From assembly GCA_964016885.1 (NCBI GenBank), contig OZ024752.1, forward strand, positions 49,662,001-49,726,000: 64,000 nucleotides of DNA, read 5' to 3'. Source of the stretch: Eledone cirrhosa. Its lineage: Eukaryota. Under the pieces are notes generated by a model. It was not told where the DNA came from, ran no database searches, and saw only the letters and a list, made by a program, of their open reading frames with translations. The translations under genes were made by a program, and so were the position numbers. The stretch's first letter is position 1; every line of letters starts with the position of its first letter. Below are positions 1 through 15,071 of this stretch, piece after piece.

Positions 1-236
1 GCAGAGGAGAGAGTAGAGATTACTTTGTTTAAGTTGTTGTTGAAATTAATGTAAAGTTATATAGCTGACAGATGTAAATCAGTGTTATATTGAAATGTGT
101 TGTAATGTAAAAAGGGGAACAGAGAATGGACTGGTTGTCTTGTTCATTTTCTGATATTCTAATAATTATTTTCCTCGTTTATATTAATTTTCTTTTCGAT
201 TTGTTTTTTTAATTTGCCAGTATTCATATTTTTAAA

Positions 237-357
<121 letters not shown>

Positions 358-1021
358 TGTGTATATATATTAAAAATACGAATATATATATATATATATA
401 TATACACATTTATTTATTTACTGATTCCAGTATTTATTTATATCTATTTTTTATTCATTTTATATATGAATATATATATATATATGTATATATGTATATA
501 TATGTATATATATGTATGTATATATATGTATATATATATATATGTATGTATATATATGTATATGTATGTATATATATATATATATGTATGTATATATTCA
601 TATATATATATATATAAATATATATATATATATGTGTATCAAGTGGGAAAACTCCCGTCCAAACCCATGCAAGCGTGGAATATGGACGTTAAACGATGAT
701 GATGATGATGATGATGATGATATATATATATGTATGTGTATATATATATATACATATATATTTTTCTAATGATTGATTGTTTCAATTGTTTTACAAGCAT
801 ATGTATTTCAGTTTTCACGCATTCATGAATGTGCATGTGTCTGTGTGTGTGCATGTGTGAATGCATGTATGTGTAAAAGTGTGTGTGCCTGTGTGTTTCT
901 GTGTGTGTGTGTGTGTCTGTGTGTGTGTTTCTGTGTGTGTGCCTGTGTGTTAATTAATTACATTAATTTATTCAACTGTATAAACGATGACAACATTTTT
1001 TGATTATTGCAGCAAATGCCC

Positions 1022-1255
1022 AACTGGGAGAGGGCACAAGCCCTGGTGGTCAGGGTCACTGTGGTCTTTTAATGGGCTTTCTCCACAAATGTCCCTCGGA
1101 AGTCTCCCCCCCTATTGGGGAATTTTTCTTTGTTATTTTATTACATCCTCTGTTTTTGTTTTTTACACGCAGAAATGCCCATTTGTACCATCCTGTATTG
1201 TCCTGTACTGTCCTTAATGTCTACTTTATGTAAACCCTTGTGGTTAATAAAGAAA
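1022..1255 (+). mobile_element. 3' UTR fragment of an L1/Tx1-like non-LTR retrotransposon
   Basis: Near-identical reverse complement of 2385-2625, which is joined to an ORF2-like C-terminus. Ends in ccttgtggttAATAAAgaaa. Confidence 0.6.
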
Positions 1256-1327
1256 ACATTATTGCAGCAAATGTTGAGCAAAAAGTAGGATTTAGTAGGA
1301 AACTTCGAGTGTGACTCAAACTCAAAG

Positions 1328-1416
1328 AATCTGGTTTCTATTCCCAGTTACACATATACCAATTCACTTAGGACACTAACACCATTAAGAAAAGTATGAA
1401 GGCAACAAACACACAT

Positions 1417-1453
<37 letters not shown>

Positions 1454-1710
1454 CCGTTTAGTGTCCATTTTTCCATGCTTGCATGGGACAGATGGGTTGT
1501 CCATGCTAAGAGGCAAGTCTGGCCAGAGTTGTCCATGCCATATATATATCATCATCATCATTTCATTTTACGTCCGCTTTTTCCCTGCTTGCAAGGGTGG
1601 GACGGGAACTGATTCTGGCTGTGTTTGTGTGTTTGTTGCCTTCATACTTTTCTTAATGGTGTTAGTGTCCTAAGTGAATTGATATATGTGTAACTGAGAA
1701 TTGAAACCAG

Positions 1711-1713
<3 letters not shown>
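1328..1713. repeat. Inverted repeat with ~87 bp arms (1328-1415 / 1626-1713)
   Basis: aatctggtttc...aaacacaca matches tgtgtgttt...gaaaccagatt with few mismatches. The spacer holds two short RTE-type tail fragments. Confidence 0.9.
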
Positions 1714-1746
<33 letters not shown>

Positions 1747-1987
1747 CTTGGTGTAAAGGGGTTACCATTAGGAAGAGTGTCAATCCATAGAAAACTTGCT
1801 AAAAATTAGGATCCTTCAGTTTGTGTCAAAAGACACTTGATAGAAAGTATGACCATATGTAAGCAAGATGCAGAACCCATCAGCCACCAGTGTTCTACTA
1901 TTATATATATATATATATATATATATAACATTGTACAAAAACAACCTGATCTATATATATATATATATGTATATTTAATATAGAAAA

Positions 1988-2038
1988 GTCTTCTACAGGA
2001 CTAGAACTGTTTCATTCAGGAGAAATCATCAAGAAGCC
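1988..2038 (-). ncRNA. Hammerhead ribozyme motif, family A (C3U mutant)
   Basis: Minus strand: ggcttc UUGAUGA uuucuccugaau GAAA cag-uucuaguc-cug UA gaagac. Stem I cuuc/gaag, stem III cag/cug. Confidence 0.55.
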
Positions 2039-2332
2039 GAAAGAACCCAGGATAAACTTTTATATATATATATATATATATCGAAAAAATCTGAAACCTA
2101 ATGTAATTAATACAGCATAAATATGCTGACCTAGCAATTTCAGTGAAAAGGAGTTGGTGTGAAGTTCTATTGAGATAAAGTCTGTGGAAAAACTAAGTTG
2201 ACAGGATTTAGCAAACTTGTGTAGGTCTGTTAGATTCCTGACGCTACATAACAAACAATTATTAACTCCTGATGAAACCATTAAAGAATACATCATTGCC
2301 TGTGTAGATTTAGGGAAATAACAATATCAACA

Positions 2333-2363
<31 letters not shown>

Positions 2364-2384
2364 AAATAATAATAATAATAATGA

Positions 2385-2757
2385 TTTCTTTATTAACCAC
2401 AAGGGTTTACATAAAGTAGACATTAAGGACAGTGCAGGACAATACAGGACGGTACAAATGGGCATTTCTGCGTGTAAAAAACAAAAACAGAGGATGTAAC
2501 AAAAAAGTAACAATGAAAAATTCCCCAATAGGGTGGGGGAGACTTCGGGGGGACATTTGTGGAGAAAGTCCATTAAAAGGCCACAGTGACCCTGACCACC
2601 AGGGCAAGTGCCCTCTCCCAGTTTTCCACCTTTAATTTACAAACACATACTCAGAGTAGGCCCATTCACTCGGGCCATTCTTGCCTCTCTCACCCACCTT
2701 TCAACAAAATGCTGGGAAGAGAGCACTTCCCTCTCTACCCTGATTTTCCTTTTCAAA
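2385..2757 (-). mobile_element. L1/Tx1-like LINE 3' end (ORF2 C-terminus plus 3' UTR)
   Basis: Minus frame ends KRKIRVEREVLSSQHFVERWVREARMARVNGPTLSMCL*, with the F-x-x-x-W tail typical of L1/Tx1 ORF2. A 3' UTR, AATAAA and simple-repeat tail follow. Paralogue at 23388-23745. Confidence 0.6.
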
Positions 2758-2884
2758 TAATAATAATAATAATAATAATAACGAGGTGCAAAAAATTGTT
2801 TTGACTGGTACTGCACACGTATTGAGAAGAGCACTATCTCTGTAAGATTGATATCCCTCCTTGTATTTACATATGCATATGCAC

Positions 2885-2915
<31 letters not shown>

Positions 2916-3065
2916 CTGTTTTTTTTTTGTTTTGTTTTTTTTTTGTTTTTTTTTGTTTTTTTTAAAATTATAATCAATGTGCTGTTTTAACTGGCTTACC
3001 AATGCACACTGTGAATTTATTTGCCCTAGGTGTCGGGAAGACACCCGCCATATATCTCAGAAACA

Positions 3066-3190
3066 ATAATTGTTTCTACTTTAGGCACAAGGCCAGCAAT
3101 TACCCCAGCGTATTACTGGTACTTTATTTTATCGACCCCGTAAGGATGAAAGGCAAAGTCAACCTCGGCGGGATTTGAACTCAGATCGCA
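3066..3190 (-). mobile_element. Nin/Deu-domain tRNA-derived SINE, 5'-truncated
   Basis: B box GAGTTCAAATCC followed by gcctttcatccttacggggtcgataaaataaagtaccag (Nin-domain-like) and the family 3' tail. Confidence 0.8.
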
Positions 3191-3359
3191 AACAATAATG
3201 AAAGAAAATAAAAATGATAATAATAATAATAATAATAATATTCATAATGATAATGATATATATATGATAATTATAACCATAATGGTGATGATAGTGATAA
3301 TGGGAACAAGAATGATATTAACAGCGACTCAAAAAATAATTGCTATCTCTAACCTCTGC

Positions 3360-4270
<911 letters not shown>

Positions 4271-4439
4271 TCCCAATGTGTTTGTTATGTCATATATCAC
4301 TTCTGATATTACATGATGTTGTGGTCATGGCATGGCGGCGGGGGTGGGGGTGGGAGTGGAGGAGGAGGGGAGGGGAGGTGCATGATTCGGAGGTGTGAAA
4401 TATATTGGAGATGATTCGGTTGTTTAGGGAATTGACAGC

Positions 4440-4997
4440 ACCACCATTACTGGCACCACCACCACAACAACAACAACAACAACAGTACCACTATTACAGA
4501 CACCACGACTTCTACAACCACTACCACCACCACCAACACCACCACCACCATCAACACTATAACAACCACCACCACCACTACCATCAACACCACCACCACC
4601 ACCACCACCATCAACACCACCACCACGACCACTACCATCAACACCACCACCACCACCACCACCACCACCATTAAGACCATAACAACTACCACCACCACCA
4701 CCACCACCACCACCACTACCACCACCACCACCACCACCACTACCATCAACACCACCACCACCACCACCATCAAGACCATAACAACTACCACCACCACCAC
4801 CATCAACACCACCACCACCACCATCACCACCACCACCACCACCACCACCACCATCAAGACCATAACAACTACCACCACCACCACCACCACCACCACCACC
4901 ACTACCACCACCACCACCACCACCACCATCACCACCACTACCACCACCACCACCACCACCACCACCACTACCACCACCACCACCACCACTACTACTA
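4440..4997. repeat. (CCA)n-rich trinucleotide repeat
   Basis: Degenerate cac/caa/cat triplets; source of the spurious poly-H and poly-V ORFs. Confidence 0.95.
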
Positions 4998-5195
4998 ACA
5001 AAATCAATACAAACATCTCCTGCCTTAAAAAAATAATGGAAAATATAAAAAAAATTATTCCATAATAAATAAATAACAAGTATGATTTATTCATGAGTTG
5101 AGTGTTGTCTACGTTTGGACATTTCTATTTATGCAACTTGTCTTTAAGGGTTAATGTCTCCAGCTTTATCTAACTATACATACATTCAAACACAC

Positions 5196-5232
<37 letters not shown>

Positions 5233-5258
5233 TATATATAAATATATATATATATATT

Positions 5259-5377
<119 letters not shown>

Positions 5378-5407
5378 GTATATATATATACATATATATA
5401 CATATAT

Positions 5408-5470
<63 letters not shown>

Positions 5471-5494
5471 TATACATATATATATATATGTATA

Positions 5495-5570
<76 letters not shown>

Positions 5571-5594
5571 CATATATATATACATATATGTATA

Positions 5595-5666
<72 letters not shown>

Positions 5667-5979
5667 ATTGTGCACTAAGTCACTAACGTATACTATAAAT
5701 TTATATCTGTGCTCAATAAGATATGATTACATGCTTAATGTGTGATTACAAACACATTTCTCATGGCCGTAATTCAAATCTGTACTATTTGTGTACACTT
5801 ATATATGATTTCAAATATGAAATAAATATGTATTTTCTTTATCAATGTATTGTCTACTTTATTTAACTGTGGTTTCTTTCCCGATCTCTTTCGGAAAACC
5901 ATTCTTAATTATATATATCATCATCATTATTTAACGTCCATTTTCCATGCTAGCATGGATATGTATATATATATATATA

Positions 5980-6289
5980 TATCATCATCATCATCATCAT
6001 CATCATTTAACGTCCATGTTCCACGCTTGCATGGGTTTGGACGAGAGATTTCCCACTTGAGGCAAGAGTGGTTGTCATTGCTCGTATAGGACTGTCTGGC
6101 GGGTTTTCTACAGCTGGATGCCCTTCCTAACACCAACCACATTTACAGTGTGGGGCTGGGAGGTTTTTACCGTGTTGCCTACACGGCCACATTACAGCGT
6201 GGACTGTGTGTTTTTTTGTCGTGACACCTACACGATCTCATTTGTTTCGGCCTGGATGTTGTATGTTAGCCATCCGCGGCCGAAACAAA
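5980..6289 (-). mobile_element. SINE family M2 (RTE-type tail), 5'-truncated
   Basis: Reverse complement of the 3' part of the full copy at 43367-43845. Ends ...catggacgttaaa(tga)n. Confidence 0.85.
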
Positions 6290-6315
6290 GATATATATAT
6301 ATATACTCATTTCTT

Positions 6316-6352
<37 letters not shown>

Positions 6353-6482
6353 GCAAAAGTTCTATTTAAATTGTTGGGATACAACAAGCAAATATTTTTG
6401 TAACTGATATAAAGCACTCAACAAGTATTTGGAGTAAACATACGATATTAACAAATGGAGACTATATTTATAAAACCAAATT

Positions 6483-6547
6483 TATTTCATTATACATATT
6501 TCAAGGACACCAAGTTAAATTATGGTGTGCTTTCATCAGACAAAATA
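6483..6547 (-). ncRNA. Hammerhead ribozyme motif, family B
   Basis: Minus strand: uauuuugu CUGAUGA aagcacacca-loop-uggugUCcuu GAAA uaugua UA augaaaua. Stem I 8 bp (2 G.U), stem II 9 of 10 bp. Confidence 0.75.
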
Positions 6548-6606
6548 TAATATAGAGCAGTTTTATAAATAAATATTGGCATACCCTTAAAGAATGCAAC
6601 CATTAC

Positions 6607-6655
<49 letters not shown>

Positions 6656-6665
6656 GGGATGACTG

Positions 6666-6910
6666 ATGGGTAAAGAAGTGGAGGATGACCGATGGGTAAA
6701 GAAGTGCCAGGAAATGCCAGTTGAAGGAAGACGTGGTAGAGGTAGATCACGAAAAACATGGGCGGAGGTGGTGAGAACAGACCTCAGATCGCTGAAGCTC
6801 ACGGTGGAGATGACGAAGGACCGTGACAAGTGGAGAGATGCTGTGCTGAATAAGACCCGTCCCACCCTTGCAAGCAGGGAAGAGCGGACGTAAAATGATG
6901 ATGATGATGA

Positions 6911-6912
<2 letters not shown>
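6666..6912 (+). pseudogene. RTE-clade LINE 3' fragment (RT ORF C-terminus and tail)
   Basis: [35 protein letters not shown]...DRDKWR, then tail cccacccttgcaagcagggaagagcggacgtaaaa(tga)n. Confidence 0.9.
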
Positions 6913-7000
<88 letters not shown>

Positions 7001-7045
7001 GTATATATATATATGTATTTATATATATATATATGTATATAAAAA

Positions 7046-7483
7046 ATGAAAGGCAGGTTGTACGATGCCTGCATACGAACAGCAATGCTGCATGGCAGTG
7101 AGACCTGGGCATTGTGTGCAGAGGATATACGCAGACTAGAGAGGAACGAAGCTTGCATGCTCCGCTGGATGTGTAACAGTAATATACGTGAACGGCAAAG
7201 CATAAACGAACTAAGGAAAAAATTAGAGATAAGAGGGATCAGATGTTGTTTACTCGAGAGAAGGCTACGTTGGTATGGACACGTGATGCGCATGAAAGTC
7301 GATAGCTGTATAACAAAGTGCAGGGCAATAAAGATAGACGGTAGTCACGGAATAGGCAGACCTAGAAAAACCTGGGACGAGCTGATAAACTCCGACATCA
7401 CACACTTACACCTCTCCAAGACAATGTCACTGGACCGAGACCTTTGGCGGTACTCAGTAACAGAGAAGACCCGCCTTACCTAA
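7046..7483 (+). pseudogene. RTE-clade LINE reverse transcriptase C-terminal fragment (second family)
   Basis: [20 protein letters not shown]...RRLERNE..MLRWMC...[12 protein letters not shown]...GRPRKTWDE...DRDLWR are diagnostic RTE post-RT motifs. 5'-truncated at (TA)n. Confidence 0.92.
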
Positions 7484-7607
7484 ATATATAGTAAAACCTA
7501 CTCCAGCCAGTAGGCATCCCTAACAAAATACACCCCGTCCCACCACCCCCACCCCTACCCCATCCACACCACCCCGTTCTATGTAAAGTTATGTTGGTGC
7601 CGCGCCA

Positions 7608-7880
7608 TCGAGGCCGAAACAAATGAGATCGTGTAGGTGTCACGACAAAAAAACACACAGTCCACGCTGTAATGTGGCCGTGTAGGCAACACGGTAAAAA
7701 CCTCCCAGACCCACACTGTAAATGTGGTTGGTGTTAGGAAGGGCATCCAACTGTGGAAAACCTGCCAGACAGTCCTATGCGAGCAAGACAATCACTCTTG
7801 CCTCAAGTGGGACTACCCCCGTCCAAACCCATGCAAGCGTGGAGCACGGACGTTAAACGTTGATGATGATGATGATGATG

Positions 7881-7881
<1 letters not shown>
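7608..7881 (+). mobile_element. SINE family M2, 5'-truncated
   Basis: Matches 43570-43845; (tga)n tail. Confidence 0.85.
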
Positions 7882-7927
<46 letters not shown>

Positions 7928-8286
7928 CGCACACATATGTGTATATATATATACATATATGTACATATATATACATATACACATATATGCATATATGATC
8001 TTATTTAATTCCATTTTTCTGCATAATTTATCAAAATTTTATTTAAAGCTCCCTTATTACATTATACTTAATTTAATGCAACCCTGAAAGATAAAATTTT
8101 CCCAATCACCCAGCCACCCAGACCCCTTGCTTAACCCTTAACTCTGGTGTTAGATATATTGGTATATTATATGGGAATGGTGAAGTGAGGAGGAAACTAA
8201 GAAAAAAAAAAAAAACTAACTTCCTGTGTGATTTTCATGGGTGCAGTTGGTTTCCTGTTTTCAAAGGGTTAATTGTTATCAGAACT

Positions 8287-8492
8287 GGGTGTGGGAGATA
8301 TATGTATATGTAATGAAAGGGTGTGGGTGATATTTGTGTGTGTAGTGAAAGGGTGTGGGAGATATTTGTGTGTGTAGTGAAAGGGTGTGGGTGATATTTG
8401 TGTATGTAGTGAAAGGGTGTGGTAGATATTTGTGTGTGTAGTGAAAGGGTGTGGGAGATATTTGTGTGTGTAGTGAAAGGGTGTGGGAGATG
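8287..8492. repeat. 32-bp minisatellite, about 6.5 copies
   Basis: Unit gggtgtgggagatatttgtgtgtgtagtgaaa. Confidence 0.9.
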
Positions 8493-8692
8493 TGATTGCA
8501 TATTGAAAGGGTTAAATGAAAAAAAAAATTATACAGATATATACAGATCATTGATTATGTTGACATTTAAAATAATTATTTCTTCCCTGGCACCCAAGTA
8601 CACAAGCTGATGAGGGAGTTTCTATATGGTTGTTTGAGCTGCTAGAAATAGGAATAAAATCTTACTTAAATTAATTCTATAAGCCCTTTATG

Positions 8693-8810
8693 ATCTAAGT
8701 TCAAATCCCGCCGAAGTTAACTTTGCCTTTCATCCTTACGGGGTCAGTAAAATAAAGTACCAGTAATACGCTGGTTAATTACTGGCCTTGTGCCAAAAGT
8801 AGAAACAATT
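8693..8810 (+). mobile_element. Nin-domain SINE, partial
   Basis: gttcaaatccc...gcctttcatccttacggggtc...ggccttgtgccaaaagtagaaacaatt. Confidence 0.8.
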
Positions 8811-9656
8811 ATACCAAAATAACTTGAACAATTACGTAAGACTTGTCTTTGAAAGTGTCAAATATTTGGAAGTAATATGAAATTTTAAACTAAGATAAGT
8901 TACAAAATCAATATAAAAAATTTGTTTTAACATTTCTCTAACAAACTTTTGCAATCTGAACAATCTTTTCACAGTTCTTGATTAAGGAAATATTTCATGG
9001 CAATTTTATGGGAATAATAAACTGAACAAATATTATGTTATGGAGAGGCTTTAAATTCAGTTACTTTACTAAATAATAATAAAACTTGAAATATGCTTCA
9101 AGTTAAATTACAGATTTTAGTGAAATCATAATGATGATCATAAATTTTCAACAAGTTTACATATGCTAACTTAGTAAACACTAAAGTACTAAATATTTCA
9201 TGAGATATAATATAAAAATATATGCGATGGTATTGAGTACTATAGAAATACATTTTTTTTTTAAAATGAAGCAAGGAAACAAGCACCATGTGTAATCTTT
9301 CAATAAGCATATTCGGAAAATGGCTTCCCAAAACGATTAAATATCTTGTATTAAGAAAGAATGCTATCCCTTAAAAACACTTCATAATCTCAAAGGAGTA
9401 GAGGTTAGTTGAAGCAAATCTGAAATTGTTTTCTTGTAAATCTATAGTTTCTAGCTATAGTGCAAAAATCCTTATTAAAAGGGATTATACCGGACAATAA
9501 TCTTGTAATCTTTAAATTAATCCTGCATCTGGCGTGGATTTAAAAGATAAATTCTTTTGTTTTTTGTGTGTGTTTTGTATTTCTTTCATTACCTTGATAA
9601 AAGGTGTAAGGAGTCAAAGTATATCTGACCTTAATAAGTAGCACTATAGACTAAAA

Positions 9657-9880
9657 AGGCAGTAATTGATAGAGCGTCGAACAACATGCTTTGTGGCATA
9701 TAGTTACAACCCTTTACGTTCTGAGTTCAAATCTCGCTGAAGTTAGCTTTAGCTTTCATCTTTACAGGATTAATAAAATATAGAACCAGTAATGTACTTG
9801 GGTTGATTTCATCAACTTGTTCCTCCCTCCCACCCCTCAAAAAATTTGTTAGTCTTGTATCGTAATCAGGAAATATTATA
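9657..9880 (+). mobile_element. Diverged Nin-domain SINE
   Basis: Degenerate tRNA head, gagttcaaatctc, and gctttcatctttacaggattaataaaata. Confidence 0.6.
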
Positions 9881-9896
9881 AACTACATCATACAGA

Positions 9897-9932
<36 letters not shown>

Positions 9933-10319
9933 CATCATCATCATTATATGTATATATATATAGAGAGAGACAGAGAGAGAGGGAGGAGAGAGAGTTGGCT
10001 AGATTAGATTATATATATATATCATCATCATTTTACGTTTGCTTTTCCCTGCTTGCATATGTATATACATATATATACATACATATATATATATATATAT
10101 ATAATATAATATAAGATAATATAAGATCAAAAGATGGAACTTTTGATCTTATATATAACTTTTGAACTAATATAAGATCAATACATGGAACTCCTTTAAC
10201 CATCTTTTGATCTTATATTATATTATATTATATTATGTATACTCCAGTCCTACAAACTGTAGAGTGCTTCTTATCCGATATCTGCATTGCTTTATTGTAC
10301 TACAATAAAACTCACCTCC

Positions 10320-10395
<76 letters not shown>

Positions 10396-10399
<4 letters not shown>

Positions 10400-10591
10400 G
10401 AAGCAAATGTGGTAAGGAACCAGATGGACTATAATGCACCAAAGTACTCAATACTTAGGGTAGTAGAGTGGGTAATAGTAACGAGTAGGACCCCGACGGC
10501 TGAGCTCAAGCCGTTTCACCGGGTAATTCTGGACGTCCAGAATTAGCCGTCGAAACGGCTTGAGCTCAGCCGTCGGGCTCCTACTCGTTCC

Positions 10592-10592
<1 letters not shown>
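10396..10592. mobile_element. Family C module: head-to-head inverted fragment carrying the 3' half of a hammerhead
   Basis: Inversion centred near 10533. Right arm reads gccgtc GAAA cggc-ttgagctca-gccg TC ggg. Paralogues at 17262-17470 and 62650-62839. Flanked by (TA)n. Confidence 0.7.
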
Positions 10593-10690
<98 letters not shown>

Positions 10691-10694
10691 ATAC

Positions 10695-10739
<45 letters not shown>

Positions 10740-11166
10740 TATATATATATATATACATCCCATGCAAGCGTGGAACATGGACGTTAAACGATGATGATGA
10801 TGATGATGATGATGATGATATATACATATGTATGTATATGTACATATATACTGCAGTAAAAGTGACAATGTCTTTGATGTGAACCACCAAAGTATTCAAT
10901 AGACAGATGTAATAAATAAATATGGTAAGGTTGGAGTAAGCAAGAGAAAGGCGCCGGAGAAAGACAAATAAAATACTCGTCCAATATATATGAAGTACCC
11001 TAAGAGAAATAACTTACTCTGAAATCAATCAAGCGTGCTGGAATTAAAATGCAGATATTTCCTTCTCTCATATTCCCTCGAAAATGGAATTCTGAAAGGA
11101 ACTGATGGAAAATTCTTTCCCGTCTTTAACTAAACAACTCCTGCCAGTTTTCAAGGCATAAATATA

Positions 11167-11225
<59 letters not shown>

Positions 11226-11228
11226 CTA

Positions 11229-11281
<53 letters not shown>

Positions 11282-11284
11282 CTA

Positions 11285-11366
<82 letters not shown>

Positions 11367-11369
11367 CTA

Positions 11370-11425
<56 letters not shown>

Positions 11426-11466
11426 TATAAATAGATATACATATATATAAATATACATATATATAT

Positions 11467-11507
<41 letters not shown>

Positions 11508-12041
11508 TATACATATATATATATATTTATTAAGAATTAAAAAATATTCTTTAAAAATCCAATACATAATATAATATACAACAACAATATCGTAAAGATA
11601 TCGATAGTAACATTTATTCTAATTATTATTTATGTTTCTGTATATCATTTTTATTTAGATAAATTTTTATTTAATTATATATAGAAGGTTTTTTTTTTAG
11701 TTTTTAGTTTTCAAATTTATCTATTCATTTATTTATTATCAATTTTTGCCTTTTGGAAATGTAAAAATCGGTGAAGCGTATTAACTATTTGTAAGAATTA
11801 TTCATCAGATTTCGATGCTTGACTGCTTCAGAGATTTGTATATCATGTTATGCTTTAGGGAATATCAGTGGCAAAAATTTTTATTATTGTTGTTAGAAAA
11901 GGATTCAAAATAGATAATTTGTCGCAAATACTTTAATGGGAGAAAACACCACAATCTTTATTGAATAAAAGTCATCCGACTCAATAACTTGCTATATCAC
12001 TTAGAATTCTTCTGTTTGATAGAAATATTAATTATTCAATG

Positions 12042-12078
<37 letters not shown>

Positions 12079-12237
12079 CTGTGTGTGTATATATATATTT
12101 ATATATTTATTTATATATATATATTTATATATTTATTACTTAGTCCTTATATATATATATATATAAACATATATATATATATATAAACACACACAGACAC
12201 ACATATATATATATATATATCTACATATATATATATA

Positions 12238-12283
<46 letters not shown>

Positions 12284-12671
12284 CACATATATATATAAAC
12301 ATATATATGTATCTATGTATAATATATTAATATATATATACACACTTACACACACATATATATATAAACATATATATGTATCTATGTATAATATATTAAT
12401 ATATATATACACACTTACATACACATATATCTACCTATCTATATTTATTATATTTATATATATTACTTTTTGTGAAATAGATTTTTTTGTCTTCTTTTCA
12501 GGGCCAATTTCTATAAATCATATCATTATGGCATATTTCAAATTTAGATGTTAAAGTCATCTTGCAAAAGCATTTAAAATGTTCAATGCTATGTTAAGCA
12601 ACTAAAAAGTGTGACATTATTTCATATCAATCATATATACATGGATATATATATATGTATATGTATATATA

Positions 12672-12782
<111 letters not shown>

Positions 12783-12910
12783 ATACATATGTATATACAT
12801 ATATATATATATACATATATATATATGTATATATATATGTATATATATATATGTATATATATATGTATATATATATATGTATATCGTATCTCTACATACA
12901 CATATGTATG

Positions 12911-12941
<31 letters not shown>

Positions 12942-13179
12942 GTAGAGACAAAGAGAGACAGATTGATATGTCTGTATATATATATATATATATATATATG
13001 CGTGTGTCTGTTTTGATGTATATGTATGTATATATTCACACACATAGTAGATAGCCAGCCAATATATACATACACTACATTTAATATTTATCGTAACAAT
13101 AATCAACAACAAGAACCCATCACCACTTCCGAAATGACAACCACTGCATTGATTGACACCACCATCTTCTTATATATAT

Positions 13180-13248
<69 letters not shown>

Positions 13249-13363
13249 TACACAAATTTATATATATATAAACATATATACGCACACACATATATGTTTA
13301 TATATATACATATATATTTATATATATATGTACACATACATACATTTATCATGATGATGATGA

Positions 13364-13416
<53 letters not shown>

Positions 13417-13588
13417 ATATATATGTATGGAAATATATATATCTTTATATATATATAACATTGTATATGTTTGTGTATATTTATATGTATATATATATGT
13501 ATATATATATATATATATTTGTTTGCATGTAGGCATAAACCACGCGCACAAAACAGCCCTCATAAATAATGACGATAATAATAATAGA

Positions 13589-13620
<32 letters not shown>

Positions 13621-14055
13621 CAACAACAACAACAACAATAATGATAACGATAATGTTTAATAATAAGTAAAAAGAAAAAAAAAATCAATATTTTAAGAAT
13701 ATTGTTGATCATTTAAGCTTCACAAATATATTGCAAGAAAAGAGATAAATATGGCGAAAATGTTGGTGTATAGATAGATGTGTGGGTGTATATAATGTGT
13801 GTATATAGCAATATATGTCCCTAGATAAATTAATCTTTGCTTAGAATAAACATTCTGTAATTAAACTGCATGGGGAGATATTTATGAATGTTTACCAAGT
13901 ATATATACAATAAGTAAATAAATATATAATGGCAATGTTGCGTTTTGTATAAGTGGGGAATTTTTATAGATAATTGTGTACATTATATTTCATTATATTT
14001 CATTCTCACTAGTTCTTTGTATATATAGGTGTGTATATATGTATATGTGTGTGTG

Positions 14056-14682
<627 letters not shown>

Positions 14683-14849
14683 TATATATATATAGACATA
14701 TATATATGTATATATGTATATATTTGTATGAATATTATATATATATTTGTATAAATAAATATATATATATTTATTAAAATACCAGATTATATGTATATAT
14801 TATCCTTATCAAACCCTCTTCAGATTTTAGTCTTCACATTTATTATTAT

Positions 14850-14899
<50 letters not shown>

Positions 14900-15006
14900 C
14901 ATCATCATCACTATTTAACGTCCATCTTCCATGCTAGCATGGGTTAGATGGGTTGCCCTATTTGAGGCAAGTCAAGGTCAGATGACCATATCTTGTTCAT
15001 ACAGAA

Positions 15007-15071
<65 letters not shown>

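Noticed and set aside
2262-2335. CTGATGA followed later by GAAA
   Set aside because: Neither stem I nor stem II can be formed.
8605-8670. CTGATGAgggag hammerhead-like start
   Set aside because: No paired stem II closing on GAAA; appears to be part of a dispersed hairpin repeat (related pieces near 30743, 31710 and 37988).
11780-12040. Possible decayed Penelope GIY-YIG C-terminus (VIES...FNKDCG) and CTGAAGc...cGAAA on the minus strand
   Set aside because: Needs frameshifts and stops, the core is mutated and stems are poor; too weak without a TBLASTN or HMM search.
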